Positions 37,972 to 50,817 of a stretch of DNA of 64,000 nt are shown one piece after another. The position numbers and the translations under genes are program-made. The notes beneath the pieces are model-generated. The model searched no databases, was not told the DNA's origin, and was given only the letters and a program-made list of their open reading frames with translations. How positions within the stretch are numbered: the first letter of the stretch is position 1; every line of letters begins with the position of its first letter. The stretch spans positions 4,464,001 through 4,528,000 of the forward strand of contig NEEC01000004.1 in assembly GCA_002189035.1 (NCBI GenBank), read 5' to 3'. The stretch is from Utricularia gibba (taxonomy: Eukaryota; Plantae; Magnoliophyta).

Positions 37972-39916
37972 ATGGGGCATGGGGATGACGAGCCTCGAAT
38001 CTCAATCCAGTCAAGGCCTACAAAGCTCCCCATTTTCCAGAGCTCTGCCGGATTGAGGTGCGTGAAGCTTGGGTACCACTTCTTGGTCTCCCATTTGATG
38101 TATTTTCTCCTAGTCCCCGCAGCGTCAGTCTTAGTCTACTGCATCTCGTCTCCGGGAGGCCGGTTCAATCTCCCCACGCTCTTCCTCTGTTCATTTCTAG
38201 CACTTATAGTGGCTGCTTTCTACTTCCTGACCCGACCCAGAAGAGTCTTCCTCATTGATTTTGCGTGCTACAAGCCGAGCGCACGCAACATGTGCTCCGG
38301 CGAGGGGTTCATCGCGATATCGGAGCTCACGAAGCGATTCACCCCTGAAACCTTGGAGTTTCAGAGGAGGATTGCGGAGAGATCGGGTTTGGGGAAAAAA
38401 ACGTACCTCCCAGATTCGATACTCGCCTCCCGGACGAGCCCCTCGATGGCGGCGGCGAGGCAGGAGGCGGAGGAGGTTATGTTCGGCGCGATCGATGAGC
38501 TGCTGGGGAAGACAGGGGTTAGAGCCAAGGACATCGGAATCCTTGTGGTGAACTGTAGTCTCTTTAATCCGACGCCGTCGCTTGCTTCCATGATCGTGAA
38601 TCGTTACAAGCTCAGAGGGAACCTGCTGAGTTACAATCTCGGAGGAATGGGATGCAGCGCAGGGCTGATCTCCATTGATCTCGCCAAGCACCTTCTCCAG
38701 GTTACTCTTCTTTCTCCTAGAAGTTGGACGTATTGACAAATATTTAAATAATTTAATTAAATATATTTCTGGATTTTTTTTTTGAAAATTAATTGTATGT
38801 TATCAAAAAATTTTGAATATTATTTTTACTTTTGAAAAAAAAAATACAAATAGAGATTTTTTTGTAAGAATTATAAATAGAAATAAAGTTTTTGAAAAAT
38901 TACAGAAACAAAAATATTTTCATGAATTTGATAACAAAAATAAAAATGTGAACTATTTTCTTATTTCTACTTCTTATTCAATTTTAATTATATCTAAAAA
39001 TTATTTTTATCAAAAACATAAATAGAAATAAGAATTGTTTTATACAAAATTATTTTCGATAAAAAAAAGAAGTAAAACCAATATTCAAAAATTTTTCAAA
39101 ACATAAATTAAATATATTTTTTAATTTTTTTTGAAGGTTAATCCTGAATCATATGCATTGGTGGTGAGCACCGAGAACATAACACTCAACTGGTACTTCG
39201 GCAACCAACGTTCCATGCTCATCACCAACTGCATTTTCCGTGTGGGCGGCGCCGCCATTCTTCTCTCCAACCACCCCGGCGACCGCCACCGTGCCAAGTA
39301 CCAACTCATGCACACCGTCCGTACACACAGAGGCTCCGAAGACCGGAGCTACTCCTGCGTGCTCCAGGAAGAAGACGGCGAATCGGAAATCGGGGTGTCG
39401 CTGTCCAAGGACCTGATGGCCGTCGCCGGGGACGCCCTCAAGACCAACATCACTACTCTCGGCCCCCTCGTCCTCCCGATGTCGGAGCAGCTCCTCTTCT
39501 TCGCCACCTCGGTCCTCAGAAGACTCGTCAGGCTCAACATTAAGCCGCGCGTCCCCAATTTCAAGCTCGCCTTCGAGCATTTCTGCATCCACGCCGGCGG
39601 CCGGGGGGTGCTGGATGAGCTCGAGAAGAATCTACAACTCTCCAAATGGCACATGGAACCTTCCAGAATGACGCTCTACAGGTTCGGGAACACGTCCAGC
39701 AGTTCGCTGTGGTATGAATTAGCGTATTCGGAAGCCAAGGGGCGGATAAATAGAGGTGATCGGGTCTGGCAGATTGCATTCGGGTCGGGTTTTAAGTGTA
39801 ATAGTGCGGTTTGGAAGGCGCTCCGGCGGGTCGACCCGCAGGAGGGACGCAACCCATGGCTCGATGAGATTCTTGAGTTCCCCGTCGAGGTTCCAACCAG
39901 TGTTAAAAAAATGTAG
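37972..39916 (+). CDS. KCS: 3-ketoacyl-CoA synthase (FAE1/KCS; KCS2/11/20-like)
   Basis: Exons 37972-38700 and 39137-39916; [24 protein letters not shown] and [13 protein letters not shown] motifs. Confidence 0.95.
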
Positions 39917-40229
39917 TTGAACACTTCATTATAATGAATTAGTTTAAATCATTTTAAATATTTAAAATTCATGCACTATTAATAATATATGTTTGATAGA
40001 CCACTTTATTAATAAACAAATGCTTTACAAAAATACTATAAAACACTTCGAATTACGTATTTCAAAACTCAATTTTTAAATATGTTTTGTTAAACAATTC
40101 GATTTTTGTATCTTAATTTTTACACATATATTCAAAACATATGTGTCAAATAAATTTTAATTTTAAAAATAATATACTTATTTATCTAAATACAAATAAT
40201 ATTATCGAATAGATATATAAATTGAATCA

Positions 40230-40424
40230 AAATCGAATTAAAAACAAAATTACATAAAAATTTGTTCAATTATCTAAAAAAATAATTAATTTCATAAATA
40301 ACCAAATTAATCGATAACCGATTTATGCAAAATTTAACTTATCAAAACCGAACAGAATTTTATCGATTTCATTCGATTCGTTTAATCGATTTTTGGTTTA
40401 TTATCCAAGATTTGCTCAGCCCTA
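40230..40424. mobile_element. Probable single end of an hAT-type non-autonomous element
   Basis: GCTCAGCCCTA (reverse complement TAGGGCTGAGC) preceded by AACCGA/ATCGA subterminal repeats; no partner TIR seen. Confidence 0.35.
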
Positions 40425-41013
40425 GTAATTAGTAATAATTCTTTAAATGAATATTGCGAATTAACTGTTCAGGGAATTGAATATTAAATAAGAATAATAT
40501 TCCCTAATATTAAGAATAAATACTTCAATAATTTCTCGTTCAATGAATGCAAGTTTAGACACAGGTGAAGAATTATTTCTGATTCCCCCACACAGCAGAC
40601 ACACACAACGAGTCGCGGGCCAGGTTCATGCATGTGGCCTCCATTAAAGCATCCGCCGCTCTCGCAAGATCCAATCTTTGCCCACTGAATTGAGAAGAGG
40701 GATACAAGGAAGGCAAGTGGTTTTGATTTAGTGGTGATCGTTTTAAAGGAGAGAGTGCTTGTTATCTGTAAGCTCTATCCATCACTTGGTACCCTGAACC
40801 TGAAATTTGGAGGTGCGAAATGTTGGGTTTCGAGTCATTGGTTGTGTTTGTGGGCTTGTTGTTCCATGTGGATTATTGGGTTTTGTGGGCTTGCATCATT
40901 TCGAGTCGAATTCCAGTTTCTGATAATGATCTGGGAATGCTCTCGGCTCTGCAAATTTCCATGTTTCAAGTTGATCAAATGCTTACTTTATGGTAACTTT
41001 TGTCGTTTGTAGA

Positions 41014-42570
41014 ATGGGGGATGCTGATTTTGGAGCTTACACGTATGAGAATCTGGAGAGGGAGCCCTATTGGCCTTCAGAAAAGCTCAAAATTTCTGTA
41101 ACTGGAGCTGGTGGATTCATTGCTTCTCACATTGCTAGGAGATTGAAGAGTGAGGGGCATTACATTATTGCCTCTGATTGGAAGAAAAATGAGCACATGA
41201 CTGAGGATATGTTCTGTCATGAGTTCCACCTTGTTGATCTAAGGGTGATGGATAATTGCCTCAAAGTTACCAATGGAGTAGATCACGTGTTTAATCTAGC
41301 AGCCGATATGGGAGGAATGGGTTTCATTCAGTCTAATCACTCTGTTATCATGTACAACAATACTATGATCAGCTTTAACATGATTGAAGCTGCAAGAATA
41401 AGTGGAGTTAAGAGGTAATCAATTAGTCTCTTAACCTTCTGGTTTATCCTCAAAATCAGATACTTATTCATCTTGCTTGATTTGGTTGTAGATTCTTTTA
41501 TGCTTCTAGTGCTTGTATTTATCCTGAGTTCAAGCAGTTGGATACAAATGTGAGCTTAAAGGAGTCTGATGCTTGGCCTGCTGAGGTTTTTCTCTCTGTA
41601 CCCAGTGTTAACTTCTGAAGTAATGTTACCTTGTCTAACTTATCTCCATCTCATCTTATGGGGCAGCCTCAAGATGCATATGGGTTAGAGAAGCTGGCTA
41701 CTGAGGAGATCTGCAAACACTACAACAAGGACTTTGGAATCGAGTGTCGTATTGGCAGGTTCCATAACATCTATGGCCCCTTCGGCACATGGAAAGGTGA
41801 ATCTACTTAGCTCTTAAAAGCTGTAGTAGTTTACAAGCATATTTGGAGCAGTATGTTTACCTAAAAACTTAGTAGCATTCCTGCACATAAGCGAAAAAAA
41901 GCTTGGATTTTGCAGGTGGGAGGGAGAAAGCTCCAGCTGCATTCTGCCGGAAAGTCCTCACATCCATTGATAAGTTTGAAATGTGGGGAGATGGACTCCA
42001 GACAAGATCTTTCACGTTTATAGATGAATGTGTCGAGGGTGTTTTAAGGTATGCATACATATGTTGCAACTCATCTTCATTTGTCTCATGTTTCATTCAG
42101 AACCTCCAAAAGCCATTTGTTTTGCACAGGCTAACGAAATCCGACTTCCGCGAGCCGGTTAACATCGGAAGCGACGAAATGGTGAGCATGAACGAGATGG
42201 CTGAGATCATTCTGAGCTTTGAGGAGAAGCAGCTTCCAATCCACCACATCCCAGGCCCAGAAGGCGTCCGAGGCAGAAATTCAGACAATACTCTGATCAA
42301 AGAAAAGCTGGGCTGGGCACCTTCTATGAAACTCAAGGTATCGAACCAGAAACTAGCTTCAGCTTCTCATCTGTCATACCAAAAAACCATGCTTAACTTG
42401 AATTCATTGCATAGGATGGGCTGAGAATCACCTACTTCTGGATCAAGGATCAGATAGAAAAGGAGAAATCTCAGGGCCTCGACGTGTCCGTGTACGGGTC
42501 GTCGAAGGTTGTCGGGACACAAGCGCCGGTGCAACTTGGCTCTCTCCGTGCTGCTGATGGCAAAGAATGA
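41014..42570 (+). CDS. GME: GDP-mannose 3',5'-epimerase
   Basis: Exons 41014-41414, 41492-41585, 41667-41796, 41916-42048, 42130-42337, 42415-42570; TGAGGFIASH, AADMGGMGFIQSN and C-terminal LRAADGKE. Confidence 0.97.
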
Positions 42571-42979
42571 GGCCATGCAGTGTTGTTGTTCTTCTCAGCG
42601 GCGGTTTCTCCGGTGGCAACCGGAATAACTGCAGCTTCTCGTTGTATCATTTCTGTCAACTGTTCGTCTTTTGTCTGGCTAATACATGGGGTCTTAATGA
42701 TTAATTTCGCTAAACAGAACACACTAATTGTGATTAAAGCTGACTAATCTTTCGATTAGGAGCCGCGCTAATCGAGAACGTAAATGGGCACCGCGTCATC
42801 GCCGCAGGCTACATAAAGGTATAATGTTGCTTGGCGCTTTGGCTTTGTGCACAAGGCGATTCGGCGGAAGAAGGGCAGCCGGTTTGTCTGCCATCGTCGC
42901 CGTCGAAACGGAATCTTTTCTAAAAGGTTCGAATTTGCTGAATTGACTGGTTTTTTTTTAGTCTTCCTCGCGATTATGA

Positions 42980-43875
<896 letters not shown>

Positions 43876-44039
43876 TCCATGATGCTCTTTTTTTTTTTTT
43901 TCTTTTTGAATCCTTCAAGATACAGGAATTGGTTACACACAAGATGATGATGTATCAATTGATCAGATAGCTGAAAACATACTGCTTTATATCTGTGCTT
44001 TTTGGGACATAACTTGTTCCTTTCACTCGGTTCCTGCCA

Positions 44040-44465
44040 GTAGTAGGAGCATGAGCAGGCGCCATTCCATATATGAGTGATGAGAGCGAACACCAGCTCG
44101 ATTCACGCGCTGTGTCTCAGGAGTGGAGCCTCCTCCTCCCCTTCTTCCAAATCGAACATGGCATCCATAGCCTTTCATGGATGCCAGCTTTACAGTTCAC
44201 TGATCTTTCAGGTATATCTCTCTTCCACATGCCTGGACAAGCACGCCTAAACTAGGCTCACCTCGTTGAGATCCACAGATGCCTTCTGCATTAGGCGGAA
44301 CAACCTTAAGACCGCCATGGATGAGCAGCAGCGCTTCCATCAAAACCAGAGGTTGCTATGCTCATAGGCAGAGAGCATCGAGTTCCATGTGGCCAAATGC
44401 AGATCCTTGATTTGATCAAAGAACCACCTTACAATCTATCCTCAGTGCAGAACTCCGGGGAACCT
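44040..44465 (-). pseudogene. Decayed PLS-class PPR gene (At5g43790-like relic)
   Basis: Minus frame reads *G*IVRWFFDQIKDLHLATWNSMLSAYEHSNLWF*WKRCCSSMAVLRLFRLMQKASVDLNEVSLV*, with stops at 44444, 44438, 44342 and 44249. Confidence 0.75.
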
Positions 44466-46991
44466 AAAATAAGCCACAACGTTAAACCAGCAAAAAGCAA
44501 GCTACAAGTGGGAAATCATCGCATGATGTAATAGGATTTCAGCCAACTTCATGGTGAAAAATCGCAGTATCATTGGCGAATTTGGCCAAGAAATACATCG
44601 AACGATTAACTGGGTATGGGCTACCAATGAAGAAAAACGCGATCTTGAAAAAGTGAGCAGACGAAGAAACATGTACCTTGAGAACCCAGGAAAAAAAAAC
44701 TTCAATCGAGCATCCCAGATTAGATTCCATACCTCCCCCAACCGGACAAAAGGAACCATCTATATGAACTAGTTGCCTCGATTACAGCCGGCGATCCTCA
44801 GAGGGAATTCTCTAATCCTCGGCCTCAGCCCCAAAGCTGAACTGATTCGCGCCACCGGAGAGAAAGAAAATACCCCTCAATTGGGCAAAACGAAACTACA
44901 GCTCAAGATTGTTTGTGGCGGACCGGAACTGAGAGGACCCAAGTGCTGGAAAACCGCATTACCGGCCCATCTCTTCTGGTACACATTCGGGTCCCCGGTG
45001 GCGCCCAGTTCAAGAGTGAGGAATCTCGGTGGAGGGAAAAAGAAAAAAGGAGGGAGCAAGATACAGTAGTAGTAGGGGTGGGTATACGTTTCGTCCCTTG
45101 TATGGCCGGCTGATGCCGCAGACCGCCTGCGATGTTGGACTACGATGTCTCGAGAGACCAAGCAACCGGACGTGACAACACTAGCAGCACAAGCTCATTC
45201 TTCTCAGGGTTCACACCTCCGTCGTCTATGCCTTGTCCCCCGTAATCGCCATCTGGGCCCCCAATCCTCCAACCACCCAAATCTTCCTCAAAAACAAAAC
45301 AATACAAACACACAACACAAAGATGAAGAGAGGATACCACACGATTTATTCACTTTATATAGTTTAATTTTTAATTATTTTATTGTAAAAATAAAAATGA
45401 TTTGTTTTATAAATTATTGAATTTCTTAATTTTATATTTCAAGAAATTAATTAAAAATTATATTATTCATTTTTATATGATGTAAAATATATATTTATAT
45501 CATAAAATTAAATTTTGTAATATAATTTTATATTAACATATAGAATAATCTTACAATATTAAAATTGACTCTAATCCAGAAATATATATATATATTGAAA
45601 TTAAAAACACCACATAGAGAGAGAAATCCACGTTTTAGCTTATATTTCACCTATATTTTCGAATGAATGATGTTTTATAACTTTAAAAAAAGACTGTAAT
45701 ATGATACAAAATATACTATAATAATATTTAAATGATAATTTACATAATGCATTCAACCTCTAACACTTAGAAACCTTTGAAATGAAAAATTTGATAAGAA
45801 ATTATAAGAAAAGGGAAGAAAAAATAGAATTATTGAAAAACAAACCATTATAATAAAAATGAAAGTAAAATTCATTTTAATACAATAATGAGAATTTATA
45901 CAAAACTTATAATGTATGAAAAAAATGTATTAATTCGATTTTGTGGCAGTAAAATAAGAAGAAATGTAAAATACAAAATAGGCCTCGGAGAGCTTCTTCA
46001 CTGCAGGCCATAAATAGGAGTCGGTTGCATGTCACTTTTGCGGCACGTGACCGATCAGATCCTTCCTCACCACAAACTAACTGGGGACTCCCGCACCCAA
46101 TCAATTCCCATCTCTTTATTAAATTTTATTTTAAATCAATTTTAAAATTTATCATACGCGTGTATGAGAAATAACGAGATTAAATTCAACCATTTACGCA
46201 TTTTAAAACCTTAATTTATTTTAAATACTAATTTAATCTATTTATTTCCATGCCAATTTCCACGTCCGGTGTGGTCCACGGTAGGTACTTTGTGGACGCG
46301 GGAGTATCAAGTCCACTTGGTCTTCCATAACACAAAAGAAAAGTAAAAAGGTATTTTATTTATTTCTTTAATAATTTGGTTTCCCCAACACGGATGTGAT
46401 TCCTGACAAATCTAACGGCCATAAACGCTCTGGGTTGGGCTTACTGCACCGGCGACATACTATACATTTGACTTGGCGGCGCTGTCCACCGGAGGTGGGG
46501 CCGTCTGTGAAAAAGCAGCAAAAAAAAAGGTGACTTCGATGGAATCGGGCGGCTTCCTCAAATCTGCAAAATCGATCAATTCACGATTTTGAATCCACGT
46601 TTTGGTTTTCCGGTGTGGGACTAACCCTAATGGGGGAAACTGGCTTCCAGGCCGGCCGCCGGTGGCCAGGATTGGGGGCTTGCCGGGGACTCGCGGTGCA
46701 CAATGTGTATGAATTCTATCGGCTAGTACGGAAATCTGTGAGCTGCTAGAGATGAAGAAGGAGAGACAGAGAACAAAAAGGAAGGATTTTTATTATAAAA
46801 TATGAAAGAAAGATAGCAGTGCAAGAAACCCGAAGTGGGTTTCATCTATGGAACATGTCCCGACAGCACAATGGAAAGCAGAACATATCCATAGAAAAAA
46901 GAAAGGAAAAAGATTTTGCTATTCAAGTTTCCCGGCTGAGGAAGGATTAAAAAATTAGGGTTTTCAGTTTGTGTGTTTTGGTTTTTATTCA

Positions 46992-47092
46992 GACAAGAAG
47001 AATGAGATGAAGCTACCACATGATCTGATCTTTCCACAGCAGGAGGAGGAGAGTTTAGATCATGCTGGCAGCTTCATCAGATGCTCTTGCAA
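46992..47092 (-). ncRNA. MIR167: MIR167 precursor hairpin; mature miR167a-5p at 47056-47076, star at 47006-47026
   Basis: The reverse complement of 47056-47076 is TGAAGCTGCCAGCATGATCTA (miR167a); the 3' arm is AGATCATGTGGTAGCTTCATC; a pyrimidine-rich leader lies upstream on the minus strand. Confidence 0.96.
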
Positions 47093-50039
47093 GATAAACC
47101 CGCAGAATAAAAATCCAATCTTTAGAGGGGGGAGGAGAAGAAGGGGAAGAAGAAAGGAGAAAAAGGGGGTGCTCAGAATTGTGTGGGAGAGGATGGGATA
47201 TAAATAGGGGATTCCAGAGGAAGAGGTTTCGAAAGTAGAGAGTGGTTTTAGTGAATAAAAGGTAAGATATAAGTGAAGCAAAAGCAAGCACGAGAGCAAA
47301 TACACACAAAGAAAAGAGAAAAAAAAAAAAAAAAGAAGACGAAGAAGAAGAAGAATCGAAAGTCATCAAGGTTCCACTGGTTCTCAGTGGTCCCAATCCT
47401 CAATTCATTTTCAAAATTGAAAATAGCCTCCTACTCCATCACTAAGATTTTCCCTCTTACCAATCCCCCAATAACATTAAACACTTACCCATATTCCATT
47501 TTTCCTTTTTCTTTTTCCCCTTAGTACAGGGACACCGTGTCCTAAAGTATCCACCCCTTTTGGGACACCCCTCTCTCGACCCTAATCATGTGTCCAAAGA
47601 CAGCGAACCCACATCAGACCAACCAACCATACTACAGAATTCGGGGCTCAGACGTATGTATCTCAGTGGTGAGACTTGCTATATCAGTAAGCAATGGTAT
47701 TAATCTACATGAATCATTATCTGATATATGGTTATGGTGGTTGTGCTACATGACAAAGTCGTACATTTCATTTGTGGCAATGAGGATGACAGCACTTAGG
47801 AGACTAAAAAAAGGCCCCCTGAGAGACTAAAAAGCTTAGAGAATGGGCATATTCCGTGACTAAAAACGATTGATTTGTTCGGCACGGCTCATGCATCCAC
47901 TCCACTGCGCAAGGGGGCATCCGTCATCCACCTTTTGGTCTCCAGAACACCCTAGTGGTATACAACAGCACTTCTTCAGTTGGCGTGCGCACTGCGCCAG
48001 TTGTTAGAAAAAGAGATTCTGTCTCACCTTGCAAAAACAATAGCTTATTTATTCAACATCTCTTGTTTTTCTGTAAGATTCATGGAACTTGTTCACTGTG
48101 TTGAGACACTTGTCTGGTTATCAGGTTCAGCACAGTGTCCCGACGAGGAATCCCACCCTGAGAAGATGGTTTATTATGAATAGAGATGGAGGTGAGGGGA
48201 TGATGAGGGAATCCATGAAGGGGTTTTGTCGTATTGAAAGGAATAGAATCTGTTAGGTGTGCAGTTCAAATGTCATCCCTCTCTCGTTTCTTTCCAGTTG
48301 TATGCATCAAGCGAGCCAGCTGGGAGAGTTACAAATCGATTCCCGTTTACCTATATGCATTAAAAGAAAGTGACCTGTGATGGATTTTTTTTAATCATAA
48401 TTTCACCCCCTCCAGCTTCTGGTCTCTCGAAATTATTAGCAGAATACCGATGGCAATGCCTACGTTTGCAGATCTGATCTGCATTCAATTCTTCCTCTGA
48501 AACGAAAACCCTTGTTCCCCCTATCCCCGATTGGACGCCTGATTCCGTGATTAGGTGTGTGTCAAAAACCACATTATGGGGAGCTTCTGCTAATCATTTC
48601 ACCACCTCTGATGCGAGTGTCTCTCACGTTTAATCCAATACTCTACTGAAATTGAATCCAGAAAACACCCCAAGTTCTCAATTCTAAATATTAGACAAAC
48701 AGAGCTTCCATTTCTAAACTTTCGAAGTAGAAGCAAACTTGAGGGTTGATTTTTTTTCATGCTGGTTAAATTCGATTTCCAACGAGACAACCGTGAATGA
48801 AAGAATCAGGGGCAAGAGAGAGAGAGGGAGGGAAGGAGTTAATGTGGCTGGCGCGGGCGGCGGGTCGCCGGGGATCTGCTGATCTGACCGGCGACGCCGA
48901 CAGCTTTTGTCCGGAGAACAAGAGTAGATTTGCATTCAGAAATCCACATGTTATTTCTTATTTAACGCCCTCCCTCCTTCCTAACCCTAAATTCATTACA
49001 CATAAATACCCGCATTTAATCCAATCAACGGAAGCTGTCCCCACTCAACTCGACTATTAAGATTTCGATTCTCATTTATTGCGCAATTAAATAAATTGTA
49101 TATTTATTAAAAAATAGAAAAAAGGAATCAATTAAACTCATTGCATTTTGCATGTAGACACAATGAATCTACTTTATAGCGTTTTAAAATCAGGTTCAAA
49201 TTATTCTCCCATTTATGTATGCCTCTAGGTTCAATTTATTTCAAAAATATTATATAAAAAAAAATAATTATCTAATTTAATATTTCTAATTTTCTTAAAA
49301 AATATTGAATGAAATCTTAAAAAAGGAATAGGAACTAACCCATTATTTTAACCTATTTTTAGTTTTTTTAAAAGTAAAAAATAAAAAGTATAAATTTTTT
49401 ATAAAATTCAAAATAAAATTGTGGGTATTCTTCAAAATCATTTTTTTATATGAAATCCACACAATTAAAAATGTATCTAAAAAGATCAAAAGTAACCTAT
49501 TTTTGCTTTTAAACACTATCTAGTATAAATGGATGACAAAAAATTTACAAAAAGCCAATCCTTATTTTCTATCCCACACAAAAATTATATAAAAATATGT
49601 TTTTTTCTTTTTTGAAAGATCCTAATTTTAATTTTTAAAAGTAAAAAATATTTGGAATTGGAGTTGGGGTTGGATGAAGCAAAAGGAGGGCAGAACTAGA
49701 GATGACAGTCACATAAATATGTATAAATATTAAAGAAATGGGGGACTCAAGGTGGTCCATAAATCCTTATTGTGATGGCTACAGGGTGACAGCAGAAGGG
49801 GCTGCCCCAAGGGCTACAATCTTTGTATTGAACATAGGCTGGTCCTCATCCCACTCCTCTTCACACAAAATCAAATCAAGATTGGTCAATATCTTATTTT
49901 ATCTCATACATTCACTCCAAAATTTTTAATTCAGAATGATCCATTTTTTCACACATCATCAAAGATGACAAGATTTCTAATACATTCCAGAATCACACAA
50001 AGATTAATCCAACAGGTTAGGTTTCATTTGGATAGCCAC

Positions 50040-50130
50040 CCCCATGGCTCATTGCAGTTTGATGAGGTAGCTAGCAGCATGCAGCATCTGCTCTTGATGA
50101 TTCTTTCATTTGGGAAGATAGAAACCCCAT
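50040..50130 (-). pseudogene. AGO10: Candidate relic of the ARGONAUTE10 N-terminus
   Basis: CAA ATG AAA GAA TCA TCA (a) GAG CAG = QMKESS/EQ, then LIKLQ*AM, versus recalled AGO10 MPIRQMKESSEQHLVIKTHLQNTM. Syntenic slot fits; the match is short. Confidence 0.4.
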
Positions 50131-50256
50131 TGGGTGGTTCGGTTCATATTAGGGTTTATGGAGGAGGAAGAAGGCAACCTGTGTTAGGGTTGACAGAGGA
50201 GGTTAGTGATTGGATGGATGGTTCTAAGGGTGAGTGCACAAGTGAGTGAATGGATC

Positions 50257-50305
50257 GGGGTGAAAAGGGCGATGGGGAGTGCAGGGCAGGGCGGGGCAGG
50301 CTGGG
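50257..50305 (+). other. Potential G-quadruplex (seven G3+ tracts)
   Basis: G runs at 50257, 50267, 50274, 50284, 50289, 50293 and 50303, with 1-6 nt loops. Confidence 0.7.
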
Positions 50306-50625
50306 CGGCCAGCTGAAGGAAGTTAATGGGGTGCTGTTCATTAATGGTTTACTGGCAGCCCCAGCCATGAATAGAAAAAGACAAGGTATTTAAAGCTTTG
50401 CTCATTGCTTCTCGTTATGTCATTCACAAGAGGACTTCATAAATCTGCGACCCAGGAGCAGCAGTCAAACACACTGCATTTTTATTGATGCTGCGCGCAG
50501 CTGCTGCCCCTCCTACATTTAATCATCTTCTTCTTCCTCTTCCTCCCCCCAGCACCAAATTTCGTACTTGCCTTTTTTCTTTTTACAGCAGAAGAGACTG
50601 CGTGCTCGGCAGTCGTTGACGTAAA

Positions 50626-50709
50626 TGGGCCGGGCCTGCTTTGGGAGGAGCTCACCAGGCTATTAGCAAAAGCTCAGGAATGGAGGAGGGTGGCCCAAAC
50701 ACAGGCCCA
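50626..50709 (+). promoter_or_regulatory. Site II element cluster upstream of the DMC1 relic
   Basis: TGGGCC at 50626; GGCCCA at 50692 and 50704. Confidence 0.5.
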
Positions 50710-50817
50710 GAGGTTTAAAGTAACGTCTAGTTCGAAAGTCGGTGGGCGCTTGCCGTCTCTTTGCCGCGCTCGTGTTCTTCCTGGAAAACTACCTATAGAG
50801 TGATTTGGTATTCACAA

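Noticed and set aside
38197-39779. Long antisense ORFs over KCS (180 and 147 aa)
   Set aside because: Explained by codon bias on the opposite strand.
45140-45340. 66-aa ORF as an ATP sulfurylase relic (GGWRIGG, IDDGGVN)
   Set aside because: The similar words are in the wrong order relative to APS.
46680-46745. CRGLAVH, resembling PPR IRGLAVHG
   Set aside because: Opposite strand and far from the PPR relic; likely coincidence.
50077-50103. miR172-like words (ATGCAGCATC, TCTTGATGAT)
   Set aside because: No full mature sequence or hairpin; overlaps the QMKESS codons.
49700-50400. TAS3 or ENOD40 identity
   Set aside because: No tasiARF sequence, no full miR390 site and no ENOD40 region II.
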